Below are positions 37,272-48,212 of a DNA stretch of 64,000 bases, piece by piece. A program made the translations under genes and the position numbers. Positions within the stretch are counted from its first letter, which is position 1. Each line of letters starts with the position of its first letter. The notes under the pieces are model-generated. The model was given only the letters and a program-made list of their open reading frames with translations, was not told where the DNA came from and ran no database searches. Source of the stretch: Phyllosticta citribraziliensis (Eukaryota); contig NW_027117339.1 in NCBI RefSeq assembly GCF_038025025.1, positions 1 to 64,000 on the forward strand. Reading direction: 5' to 3'.

Positions 37272-39177
37272 CTAGCTGCTGAATCTCACCGCACGCGCAC
37301 GCCTCGTCGCACTGGTCTCGTTCGTCGCCAATGCCAGCAGCTTGGTGAAAATTGGCGTACCAAGTCCAGTCACCGGGTCCCATCCCTCGGTTGCATTCCA
37401 GCTTGCATAGGGCACATAGGGAGTCTCGAGGCCGCTGTACGAGTCGGTGCCAGTGCAGCCGGTGCTGCCGCCGTCAACAATGTCTGTCAGGCCGTCGACG
37501 CCAGTGCTGTACAGCCAAGGGTTGAGCCAGCCCAGACCGGGCAAGCCCTTCTCAGCACGCGCGGCGTTGAGCAGAGCAACAACCGACGCGAAGGTGGGTG
37601 AGGAAGCTGACGTGCCGCCAACGGAAATGTCAAGGCCTTGGTCGATGACGCGGAATCCTTTTCCTTGTGCTGCCACATCCGGGAATCCGCGTCCAGATTG
37701 GTTGTAGAGGCCGCTCCACTGGTCGCCCAGGATACCGAGATACTTGGAGACGGCTGCGTCCTGCCAGCTCGGGCGCTCCCAAAGATCGGAGAATCCACCC
37801 GAGGAGAAGTACACGGCGCGCTCTGGCTCGACACCGACTGTTCCACCCACTGAAGTCACGTATGGGCAAGCAGCGGGGAAGATGGGCAGGAAGCGGGTCG
37901 TGTTCTTGCCATCGTTGGTCTGGCAAGCACTACCAACGCCAGTGTCGCCGCTCGAGAACAGCACGGAGACGCCGCGGGCACCAAGTTGGCCAATGAGGTC
38001 GCAGACGGAACGCGCATAGGACGCTGGGACGCTCTGCTCGTCCTCCCCGTAGGATGTGGTGAGAGTGCGGGGAAGCTCCGAGTCAGGCTTCTTCAAGAGT
38101 TCCGTGAAGTAGTCCAGGTACGGCTCATTACTAGAAGTCGAAGGTTGGTCCAGATCGGGCACGAGCGGTCCACGCCCATCCGTGTAGTAGTACTTCACGT
38201 CGAGCGGATGCACGAGCGGAAGAGTGTACTGGATGTCGAGGTTTGCCTCCACGCTGTCGTCCGAGGTGTCTTGCGGCAGAGTCGAACCGTTGATGGATCC
38301 AAAGCTAAAGCTCTTGTTCGCCGCCCAGGGAGCATAAATGTTCTCAAACGTCTCGAGATCACTGTACCGGGCGTACTCTTCGAGAAAGCCGCTGACGCCA
38401 AGAAAGCTGCTATTCTGACTAGGAGTAAAGCCCTCGATGCTGTACAGATCCCTCAGGCATGAAGGAGTAATGGTCGAGTTGCAGGATTGCGCCACGTCGG
38501 CGGCGCCAACAGTCTCGTGGACGTTTTCCACGCGGAGAACAGTGCTCCTCTCCGGCTTCACCTGAGCGAAACGAGTGGTCGGCTGGACCATCAGGATGTG
38601 CTCGTGTAGCTCGGCCGGCAGCGAGTACTGCAACGTGCGGATCTTCTGGACACTGGGACGGACATCGCTGCGGAAAACATTGAAAGTCGTGCTCATCATG
38701 GCCGCGGCCTGTGCGACCGTCGCACTGAAGTTGATCCAGTCGCCGTCATCTTCAATGTCAGACTCGCTGATGCCAGATTGCTGCAGCCACTCGAGGATCG
38801 ACTGGGAGGATTCGTCCGCCGGTTGCAACAATGCCTTGATTTCCTCACGCTTGAGATGCTTTCCATAGCGGCGGGAGCCGGGAGTCGAGATGTCGAGCAG
38901 CGTTTGTTCGAAAAGGGCTTTGTTTGGCTACACAAACGTTAGCATGCCGATTCGCACCAAGGCCTGATATCAGGGTATTCCAGGAGCTCTCAACAGTACT
39001 GACCTGCTTGACGGCAATCATGAAGCGCAACACTTCGGAAGCATTCGCGCTGGATACCTGGTGCCAGTTCTCAGGCACCCCTCGCAGAGACTCAAACAGC
39101 TCGACAGTGTCGAGATCAAGGCCATGGGCGCCCGCAGCAAGGGACAGGAGCCCTGCGAAGAGAACAGAGGTGCGCAT
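37272..39177 (-). CDS. Secreted tripeptidyl-peptidase / sedolisin (S53) with prodomain; intron 38928-39003
   Basis: Signal peptide, EANLD, SYGEDE, FSSGDTG, GGTSAS and WDPVTGLGTP. Confidence 0.93.
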
Positions 39178-40319
39178 CGTGAGAAGTGATGTCTATGGAC
39201 AGAGACTGTGAAATCCAATTCTTCTCCGACCAGATACTGGAGCTTGGGCACACGACACCGAAGCTCAGCGAGTGACTTGACGGGGCAAGTTGAGCAGGAG
39301 AGTAGCATAAAAGAACGGAAAAGAAGGTAGATATATCTGGAGTCATGCGGGTTGGAAATGGCGTGTTTGGGCCATCCTATTCGACTCGGATTCGGCGCAC
39401 ACCACCGGCCAGGACGACGGCATGGGGCAGGTCAGGCGCAGGACGACGGTTCCTGCCGAATGTGGAAGGCACGATGCAGTGCTGCACCGCCGGGACGATC
39501 ACCTCTGCTTGGCCCGCTTGGTCTGGCTTAGCTTGTGCCCTTGCTTACGGCACCCATCTCCAGCACCTTGGCGGATTATTGGAGTCTACTGCATTTCCTC
39601 CATCCGCGTCTCTTTTACCAAACAATCACCAACTGCGTCCGCCAGAGCGCTCCACCATCGACATGACCGCCAACCAGGCCCCCCAGAAAAAGCAGCTCGA
39701 TGCCCGAGTAACCATTCGTTATCGCTCCACCCACCGCGCACGGTCCGGCAGCAGTCCCCATAGGCGATATCCGGGGTGTCACCCAACGGGCAAATGACAT
39801 TGCTTACCGCCCTCGCCTGCGTCAGGTACAATCTACCTCCCCATCTCGTCCGGTAACCACCACGGTTTCACCGCAGCAAGCCTCCAGTCGGCCGTCGACC
39901 GCCTCCCGTGTGCCACCAACCCTTGCTGTCCCCTGCTGGTTGCACGAACATCTGCAACTATTGCGCCTTGGTGGTGGGCAGGCCCTTTGGCATACGGGCC
40001 CCTTTTTCAAATTTGTGACAGCTGCCTCTTTCGATTTTCTTCGTGTCATTTGGTATCTCCTTCTTTTCATCGGCGGGGAGAGCGCTACTTTTCTGTTCAA
40101 CGTGATGCCGGGCCCAAATCACGGCAGCCATGTCATTGGAAATTACGATGCAGCAGACGATGCCAAAGCAGCACAAGCGACGTCTGTCAAAGTGAATTCT
40201 AGACACACCGGGTAGGACAAGACTGGATTTGAATTTTTCTCCTCGCCAATTCGCCGCGAAGCTCGTTCAAGTTTTCTATCAAGATGTGTTCACCTAGCGA
40301 ATGCGAAGCCCCCGCAACG

Positions 40320-41878
40320 CTACTTAGCACACGCCATGAGCCATCGAACAGTCCTTCGGGCGTCCTCCTCGTCTTTCTTGGGTTTATTTTCCCACCACTG
40401 TTTGACTGCAGCAGAGGCCTCTCCACTTTGCTGTCCAACTGCTTGCGCCGCGGTGATTCTTTTGCTCGGCGTCCACGTGAAAAAGCTTCTCAAAAAGTCG
40501 GCAGTACCTTTAAACTTCGCCTTTGGAAATAATTTCTCGAGGGGCTTCAGAGATCCGGGGATGATTTTTCCTTGTACCCATTCAGAAGAGTCCAAGCAGT
40601 CCATCCCCTTTATCTCTTCGATTGCCTCCGTTGGCGGGAAACCTATTAGGAGAATCATCTGATTCAGCTGGTCCAACAGACCTTGGCCCGGCAGAAGGAA
40701 TTCAAGGAGCAGAAGCTCGGCGATGGTCGCACCTGCAGACCACATGTCGATTGCAAAAGTGTATCTCGCAGCACCCAAAAGCATTTCAGGCGCTCGGTAC
40801 ACAAGCGTACTCATTTGCGATGTCATCGGACGTGGACGCCAATCGCGCGCCAAGCTAAAGTCGGCTTTTGCGAGAAATATCAGTGAGATGTTCTCGTGAG
40901 GAACGCCGCCCACTTACCGATCTTGAGCGTCCCTGCCCAATCCAATAGCAGATTTGCTGGTTTAATGTCTCTGCGCCGAGTTCATTAGCAGTTCACCATG
41001 GAACGGTTCAAGTCCTGCCTGACCTGTGCATGATACCGCATCGGTGAAGGTATTCGAGTCCGCTCAGGAGTTGCCATGCAAGATACTTTACTTCGCGATG
41101 GTCAGTATCTTTCTTGAAACAACATGTCTCAGGCTTGCCTTCGGCCAACTGAATTCTCATACCACGCCCTTCCAGACGACACATGAGCTGCCAGAGATCA
41201 AGCTGGAGGACAGTCAGCTCGGCTTTCAAATGTCTCCTACGTCAGATCCGCTCTCACCTTGCAAGGCTCAAGACATATGAAGACCACCTTCCCTTGGCTC
41301 CCAGCGGCTCCATCGTCGTCGACCGCCACACTTTCGAGAGCAATGATATTCGAATGTCTTTCCAACCGTCGCAAAATCGAAACTTCGCGCAAAAGGCTTT
41401 GATCGAGGCCAGCCCGGCCCACGCTGCCGGGTTGTGCTCCAGGTCCGTTGCTGACCACAGGAGGCTACTCGCAAACTCGCTTGACTGCCACATCCCTTTG
41501 GGAAGCCATGTCAGGAAAACCATGCGGAATCATGCGGGTGACTTCTCCCTGGGCTTTGAACGTCAAAACAGCCCACTTCCGGGAGAAGAGAACCCAAACA
41601 CGCAATGAACTGGGGAGCACTCATAGCGCACTCACGTACGTACATCCTTTTCCTAATTTGGATAGATGTCGGTAAGTACTAATCGCTGCGCAATTTCCTG
41701 CGTCATCAGTCAGCAAATCGGGAGGAAAGAAAATCTCACCAGACAGCCGTTGGCCCACAGAGGATTTGGCAACCTTACCACGGAAGATGTTGACGCTGTT
41801 CAAATCAAGAGGCTGTCCTATGACGGACAGGTACTCTGGTGGCTTTGTGTCCTGCGATGCGGAGCCAGCGGTCTCCAT
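40320..41878 (-). CDS. Divergent CDK10/CDK11-like Ser/Thr kinase; introns 41698-41739, 41554-41643, 41203-41257, 41091-41138 (GC-AG), 40971-41023, 40865-40917; in-frame TAG at 41465-41467 unless a further 45-nt intron (41424-41468) is spliced
   Basis: Spliced model gives GKGSQGEV, VAVK, LLREVSIL, HSNII, HRDIKPANLL, ADFSLAR, YRAPEMLLG, IDMWSAG and KRITA. The segment GNCAAISTYRHLSKLG resembles the CDK10 N-terminal GRCRSV..EKL..IG. Confidence 0.78.
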
Positions 41879-42954
41879 GACGATCCGGATTTCTGAGCAG
41901 GAGGCCTTGGACGTCAACACGGCGCTATAAGGATGAGCAGTTGAATAATGAGAGCGACAAGTGTTGGAGTGACTGTGTTTGGATGGTGAGCAGTTTGGAT
42001 TGCAGAGTTGATCAGTCAGGAAAGGAGGGCTCGTCGAATGGCGCAACACTTGCACCCGCTCCACTTGCAATTGACAGGGCTGGAGTGCGGTCGTGCCTGC
42101 CCAAACAACGCTTTCTCTTCTTCACGGCCTCAACTACCGGCCAACACTCAACTCCCGTGTGGATTCGCACAGAGAAAAACTTAAAGCAGTTGGACGTACG
42201 AAGATTGCTCTGCGCCTTGCAAAGGGGTCTGCTTGCTGAAGTTGCTAGAGTTACTGCAGCAATCTCCCTTTGGATCCACGAAAGGAATGAATTCGTCTTC
42301 TGATGATCATCAAGGAACTGATTGTTCGCGCCGTTTCTTGTCTCCCTCTTTCTCTCCTTCACCAGCAGCTTACATTTCTCGACACGGCAATAATAAGGCC
42401 GAGATGCTCTATCACGCACCGAAACGAAGTCCCTGTTTGTTCATGATACTTTCTACAGTAGAGTACAATGGTATCAAGAAGATGCGGTAATCCTCGCGTG
42501 CTTCGCGTCGCGTCACGATTGAAGTGTTTCTGCCGGCTTTGTCTACCCCCGAGACGACACATTTCCGCAACCGTCCAACATTGACGTAAAACACAGCGAA
42601 CCACAATTGAGACACAAGTCTAGGACTACGCGAAAAGTGTCCGTAGTACTTCAAACGTCTCCCCACGTGGCTCGTACGCTTTCATCCAACACAACTGGGT
42701 TCGCCGCGGAAACAACCATGAGGAAGGTTCCAGAAAAATTGAGGGACCACGTGGGTTCTGAGTGTCGACATGCGACATCTATCAGTTGCTCTTGGTAGAG
42801 GAAGAGTATTCGGTCAATTCACAAGATGGATCGACAGATGTTTCGCAGTGATGACGAGCAAGTTGCTCGCGGTCCATCTCACACGGCACAGGGCGCTCTC
42901 CAACAGGATCGCAAGCCAATACTCGACCTTCTTGCGGACGCAACGTCATTCAAT

Positions 42955-42990
42955 CCACCACCACCACCACCATCACCACCACCCCCACCC
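42955..42990. repeat. (CAC)n trinucleotide microsatellite
   Basis: ccaccaccaccaccaccatcaccaccacc. Confidence 0.8.
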
Positions 42991-44795
42991 AGACGTCACC
43001 GTCTAAGCGCAAGTCATCCGCCACACCATCAGAGTCAAGCGAAGCCAAGCAGCGTCAGCCAGCCCAAGCGCCCCCGGTAGAGACACTCAGAACGCAAGTC
43101 ACACGTCGCCAGCCACAGCCACAAAATGGAGCCACCACCGCGGCGCCACAAGAGGCGTCGTGCTCAGTAGCGGCGACATCCATTTCGTGTCCGCCCCGCT
43201 CTAGCTATCCTCTTTGCGGCAGCAGCGGTGCTCTATCTGCCTATCTCTCTGTCGGCAGATTTCGTGCGGTATGCAGGATTCGGGAGGAGCCGACAGCGAC
43301 CGGCCGGCAGGGTGAGATTGGCGATCTGTCGTCGGTGCTTATTCCCGTGGGGATGGATGAATGGCTTGTTTGCTTGTTGGCAAGGGAGGGAGGGAGGGAT
43401 TAGCAAAGTGGCATTTGGGATGACGATGATGTGAGCCACGTTCGTTGTGGCGGTGGGCTATGGTCGCAGAGTCGGATCTCCTCAATGTCGTGATTTCTCA
43501 GACACTTTCGCTTGCACAAACAGGCGCTTCGAAGGTCCTGGCAGTGTGGCTGACGGACGAAAGGATGGATAATGTTCGATTTTGGCCAATATGGAGCAGT
43601 CATGCCAGAGGAAAATTCGTGGCCTGTCTCCCCGCTCAAGGACTCAGGTCCCATCATCAACATTGTGCTGTATTTTCCTCGCTTCCGCCATCTCATAGTC
43701 GCTGTCAGACTGGCTTTGTCGCACAAACCCATTGCACGCTATCCAAGCGGCCCACATAAGGTCGCAAGAGCGGAAGTCAGGGATGAGCATGGCGTCCAGG
43801 CAGCAGTCTTAACATCTTATCGAAGAGCCGCAGCCGCAACACGCTTAAAGTCAATGGTTATAGTTTAACTGAGGAGAAGCGAAAGGATTGGCTCAGTATA
43901 GTAAATGTAAAACGTCATGCGGGGAGCGAGGCCAACCAGCACGCAGTGAACCTCTCCGAGATGCAAAGCCACGGGGCCAAAGAGGCTTGGAGATAATTTG
44001 GAAACGCTTGAATTCCTATGATTTCACCCTGCTCGACATTGCGAGCGGTGTTTGTCTACCCATCCTTTCGTGACCAGTGGGCCGCACACGACAAACAACC
44101 AAAGCCCCTGCTCCTTCTGCTCCAACCCCACATACCAACCATCACCTCCCTCCAAAATATCCAAACACAACAATGCTGTGGTGTAACAAGGAAACAGAGA
44201 CAGAAACTGATGGACGTCTCTCCATGTGCCATTACTTCCCCCATAGGGGCATCGCCGTACAAGTTGCTAATGAAAGTTTGACAAAGTAGCTTTTCATGTT
44301 CCTCTTGTGCCAGATCGAAGAAAAGGAAATGAGGAGATGACGCAAACAAGCAGCAAGATAACGGCGGCTGAGGTTTATGTCGTCAGCCAGGATACATACA
44401 GGTAAGAGCTGATTCCAAAAAGATCAGCCCGAGATAGACGAAGCACCAACTGCAGTTGAATTAGTAGAGCAGACAGAATATTGTACATGATCTTGGTCCC
44501 GCTCGCGCATTGCTTGACGCTGGGGTTGCTGTGCCTTGACACTGTCGTCGTTCTGAGGCCCGTTGTGACATCGGGAATGATTCCAGAGCTTGGGTAATGA
44601 CTGATGTGGATGTCAAAGAGGAATTGGATGTGCGAGTGAAGATATGAAGAAGTCAAGATCTGAGATCCGCCAGCGCGACGCGCAAGGGCAATGTGGGTGA
44701 GATCTTCAGGTCAAAACACTCCAGTCTTCGTCTTCATCCAGCATCCTCTCGTTTGCTCGGGCTCAAATCGTGACCTCTGGCAAAAGATGGGTATC

Positions 44796-46697
44796 TTATG
44801 AGGCTTGTTTCAGCAGCTCCTGGGTCTCAGGCAAACAAAGCAGACCCTCCCTCTCGAGAGTGGCCAAATCGCCACCAGCCTCCAGAATCGCTCGGGCGGC
44901 AGCCTGGCTTAATCGCCTTCGCTTCTCCGCAGCCTCTTTCTCTCGGCGCGCCTTTGTTTTGCTCGACCCGCTTGGTGCGACTCCAGTCAAGATCTTGCGG
45001 CTGTCGTCCGGCGTGTAATTGACGAATCCTACAGAAGCAGGGCGCGGAGCAGAGCCGCCAGAGCCCGCACCTTGGTGGCCGGAAGACTTGCGGCGATGAT
45101 GCGACCGAGGGCGGGGCTGTGTGTGGTTTTGAGAAGAATCGCGGCGTGCCGAGCGCATGGCGTAAGGGTGATGAGCCGTAGGCGGGGAGTTCGTCGGGCT
45201 TCGGGAAGGAGGTGTGATGTGCTGAGACTGAGCACCAAGGGGGATGATCACATGACCATTCGCGGTAGGGGGGTGCGGAGGGGGTGCGTGGACGTAAGGA
45301 GAGTTGTGCGGAGGTCCAAGTGGAGTAGTGGTGCCAAACATTTGTGTGGGGTATACGATTGGCGATGAAGTGCTGAAGGGGGCTCCGTCGCCTGTACCTG
45401 CAGCGGCGTGCGTATCGAGAAGATTGCCCATGGCTGATGGCTCGCAGTTGATCATCAGGCCGCCAGTGGCAAGGTCGGAGGGGGCGGAGCTGACACCCAG
45501 AAAGTCTGTGCGGGTGGTAGGAAAGTTGGCTTGCGATGTAGGCTGATGAGTTGTAGTGGGCGTCCACCAGGCCTGCGAATCACGGTCGGGTTGGTATTCA
45601 GATGTGCCCGGGTAACCAAAATCAAAAGCGGCAGTTGAGTTTTGACTCCACGACGTTGTAGGGAGTCGGCCAGATTGCGGAGGGCTTGCCAGCGCGTCTC
45701 CGAGTTCATGGATCGGGTAGTGGTTGGACGATTCGTTCGGAGCGTGGAAAGAGGACCTCGTACTGCTCGCATCCTGCGTGCTCGGAGAAGCGACGGGGGT
45801 CATTTGAATCTGCGATCGGTTCTGGTAGTTCGGACCAGCAAGTGAAAGTTGCTGATCAAGGTCCGCGACCTCGTTGGGGTTTGTGTAGGGCATGTTCGGC
45901 GTGAAGTTGTACCCGTAGGTAGCCTCTTCCTGTGGAACTTTTGTTGAAGGTGGCGGAGAGAGTGGCGGCGCGCCAACGCGCTTGGCCCAGATCTCTTGAT
46001 ATCCGGTCCGGTATGGTGTTGATCGCATCATCTTGGGCGAAAAGCTTCCTTTGGAGACGGTTCTTCTAATGACGGAAGGGGCCTGCTTCTTGTTGCCACG
46101 GATGGGTAGGCTGTTGAACTTCTTCGCGGGCTTGAAAGGAGCTGCAGGATTCGGTGACGAGGGAGACGAAAAGGCGAAGGGATCAGCGGGTACTTGAGGA
46201 GAGCAAGTGGGTGGCTGGTCGAAGCTGAAAAGACCAGGGTCGGAAGCTGCAACCCTCCCGTGAGATTCTGGGTAGATCGAAGTTAGGTTTCCTTGGGGCG
46301 CCGCCTGAGCTACGTTATGGCCAATATAGCTCCACGCCTGCTGGGAGCCATTCTGTGGTTCGATTTGCCCCGAGGCCTCCCAATGGGGCATAGGGGATGT
46401 TTTGGCCGCCGAGCTCCCATTGGAAGAGGAGACGTCAAAGAGATTGCTCAAGTCGTCCGAACTGGTTCCTTCGGCGGTATTGTCGCTGTTCATATCCAGC
46501 AAATCGGTGTCGACATACTGGTCAAAGATTTGATCATACGGAACAGCCCAAGCGCTTTCTTTGTCCTGTGGCCGGATCGGGATGTCAAAGTCTTGCCGCA
46601 AGATGGCGATATCTCCCGCAGCGCGACAGGAGCGTCCTTGCACGTGATGGAGAGGCACCGCGCCTGAAGCTTGTCGGAGCCGTGGCGAAGAGGCCAT
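44796..46697 (-). CDS. wetA: Developmental regulator WetA (conidial maturation transcription factor)
   Basis: C-terminal ESC1/WetA domain GFVNYTPDDSRKILTGVAPSGSSKTKARREKEA; N-terminal FDQYVD segment; PLSPPPS. First ATG at 46697. Confidence 0.92.
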   Translation of the reverse strand: MASSPRLRQASGAVPLHHVQGRSCRAAGDIAILRQDFDIPIRPQDKESAWAVPYDQIFDQYVDTDLLDMNSDNTAEGTSSDDLSNLFDVSSSNGSSAAKTSPMPHWEASGQIEPQNGSQQAWSYIGHNVAQAAPQGNLTSIYPESHGRVAASDPGLFSFDQPPTCSPQVPADPFAFSSPSSPNPAAPFKPAKKFNSLPIRGNKKQAPSVIRRTVSKGSFSPKMMRSTPYRTGYQEIWAKRVGAPPLSPPPSTKVPQEEATYGYNFTPNMPYTNPNEVADLDQQLSLAGPNYQNRSQIQMTPVASPSTQDASSTRSSFHAPNESSNHYPIHELGDALASPPQSGRLPTTSWSQNSTAAFDFGYPGTSEYQPDRDSQAWWTPTTTHQPTSQANFPTTRTDFLGVSSAPSDLATGGLMINCEPSAMGNLLDTHAAAGTGDGAPFSTSSPIVYPTQMFGTTTPLGPPHNSPYVHAPPPHPPTANGHVIIPLGAQSQHITPPSRSPTNSPPTAHHPYAMRSARRDSSQNHTQPRPRSHHRRKSSGHQGAGSGGSAPRPASVGFVNYTPDDSRKILTGVAPSGSSKTKARREKEAAEKRRRLSQAAARAILEAGGDLATLEREGLLCLPETQELLKQAS

Positions 46698-46935
46698 TGT
46701 AGGTGGGGCGAGATGAGCCGGGGTGAGACGCAGGGTCGGGTGGGTAGCGAGGGACAACGAGGAAAAGAGTGTGCCTTGCAGAGTTCCTGCAGAGTACCTT
46801 GCAGGAGAACGTGCAGGTTGACCAGACAGTGCAAACTGGAAGAGAATCACGAGGATGAGCAAACAAACAGAATCAAACTTGGACAGGATATATACAGAGC
46901 CTACCTGAAGCCGCCAGCCTCCGGTTTCTACGAGG

Positions 46936-47528
46936 CATTCCTGACCACTTGCCTCTGGGATAGGTACAGCCCTCTGGAATGCTGTAGCAAAAACGCCCGT
47001 GACCACGGGTTTGACACTCGGGCAAACTCTACCAACACTTCAAAACTGTCAAACAATGATGAAAAGAGGCTGAACATGCCCCCATTCCTCTGCACATTGT
47101 GCGAGACGTTGGTGTGCTAGGGTCTGAGCATTCCGCATGCGGCCACCGAGTGCCAACCCAGGGAAAATAGCCACAGTGGGAATGGGGAGTGGGCTCCGCA
47201 GAGCACGTCACTATCCAGCTCGGCCTGCGTCAAGAATTCGAGGTCCATCTGGGAAGGATGAAGCTTAGTCGGAGAGTCAAGGAGACGCCGAAGGGACCAG
47301 GTGTCACCCATGGTAGGGTGACGGAAATAGCGAGAGTTCTGGCTTGGTGGTTTAGCGTGGTCTGTCGAAAAACGCATGATGTTCAGCCCGTAGCAGAGGA
47401 TCAGCGTCGGCCCGCTGCAAGAGGCCGTCCCGCCTACATGCCGTTGGTTAGCCTCCGACTTCTTCTTTCTCCAGCCGCCCGGTACAGGGAGGAATGCCGC
47501 AAACGGCGTGGGTGTGGAGATAGGAATG
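46936..47528. promoter_or_regulatory. Cluster of seven AbaA/TEA response elements (CATTCC) upstream of wetA
   Basis: CATTCC at 46936, 47083 and 47129; GGAATG at 46976, 47179, 47491 and 47523. Confidence 0.8.
47496..47506 (-). promoter_or_regulatory. WetA response element (CCGTTTGCGGC)
   Basis: Plus-strand GCCGCAAACGG is an exact reverse-complement match to the Aspergillus WRE consensus CCGYTTGCGGC, about 800 bp upstream of the wetA ATG. Confidence 0.75.
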
Positions 47529-48212
47529 CACGCTAAGCCAATGGCGCCAAGACCTTGATAGGGCCGCCCCTCATGCCATGGCCGAGACTTGGTCAAAGGA
47601 AAGGCGGAAAAGTCGAGATGGAGACCCAGAGACGTGGTCCGGCAGAGTGGAGAGACACGGATTGGCCTGGAGGTTGAGGAGGGCCGAGTTGCCAGTCGAT
47701 ACGGTTGTATTCCTTTAGCCCGAAGCAGCGATTTCGACCAACATCTTTCTCAGGGCGACATCCTGAAACACGACGGACCAAAAGAGCGATGATGATGGAT
47801 CAATTCGTCAGCAGGGTTGACATCCACGGTTGAAGATGGAGGTAGCAATCGCAAGATCATGGAATCCATCCGTTGGAAGCGAATCCAGAACGTGCTTTCG
47901 CGCCAGCCTCTGCGTATTTCTGACAGTGTTGGCGCCAAGTCCGGGTCTTGGAAGATTTGCGATGATTTGGAGTGGAGAGAGACAGCAATGAGGAAGAGGT
48001 GGTGGTTGGCGATGGAGTTCGGCAGTGAGTCCCCGGCCGGGTAGATGCCGCGATTAGACGAAGCGCTTGCCGAGCCGAGAGCCGAGTCACGTGCCTTAGG
48101 AAAACACCGGTGATGTCAACGACTGCGATCCTTCGGGCGAACAACATCTCCGCCGTCGAGCAACATTCTCCCCAATTCTCAATCGGTGCGCCCCTGCAAG
48201 ATACTTTTCGCA

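Noticed and set aside
42847..42960. Possible C/D snoRNA starting at GTGATGA
   Set aside because: No D box (CTGA) or terminal stem at a suitable distance.
46698..47006. 103-codon in-frame upstream extension of wetA (a similar one precedes NOP13 at 31555-31905)
   Set aside because: No ATG, the region overlaps promoter elements, and open frames of this length are common in GC-rich DNA; no evidence for non-AUG initiation.
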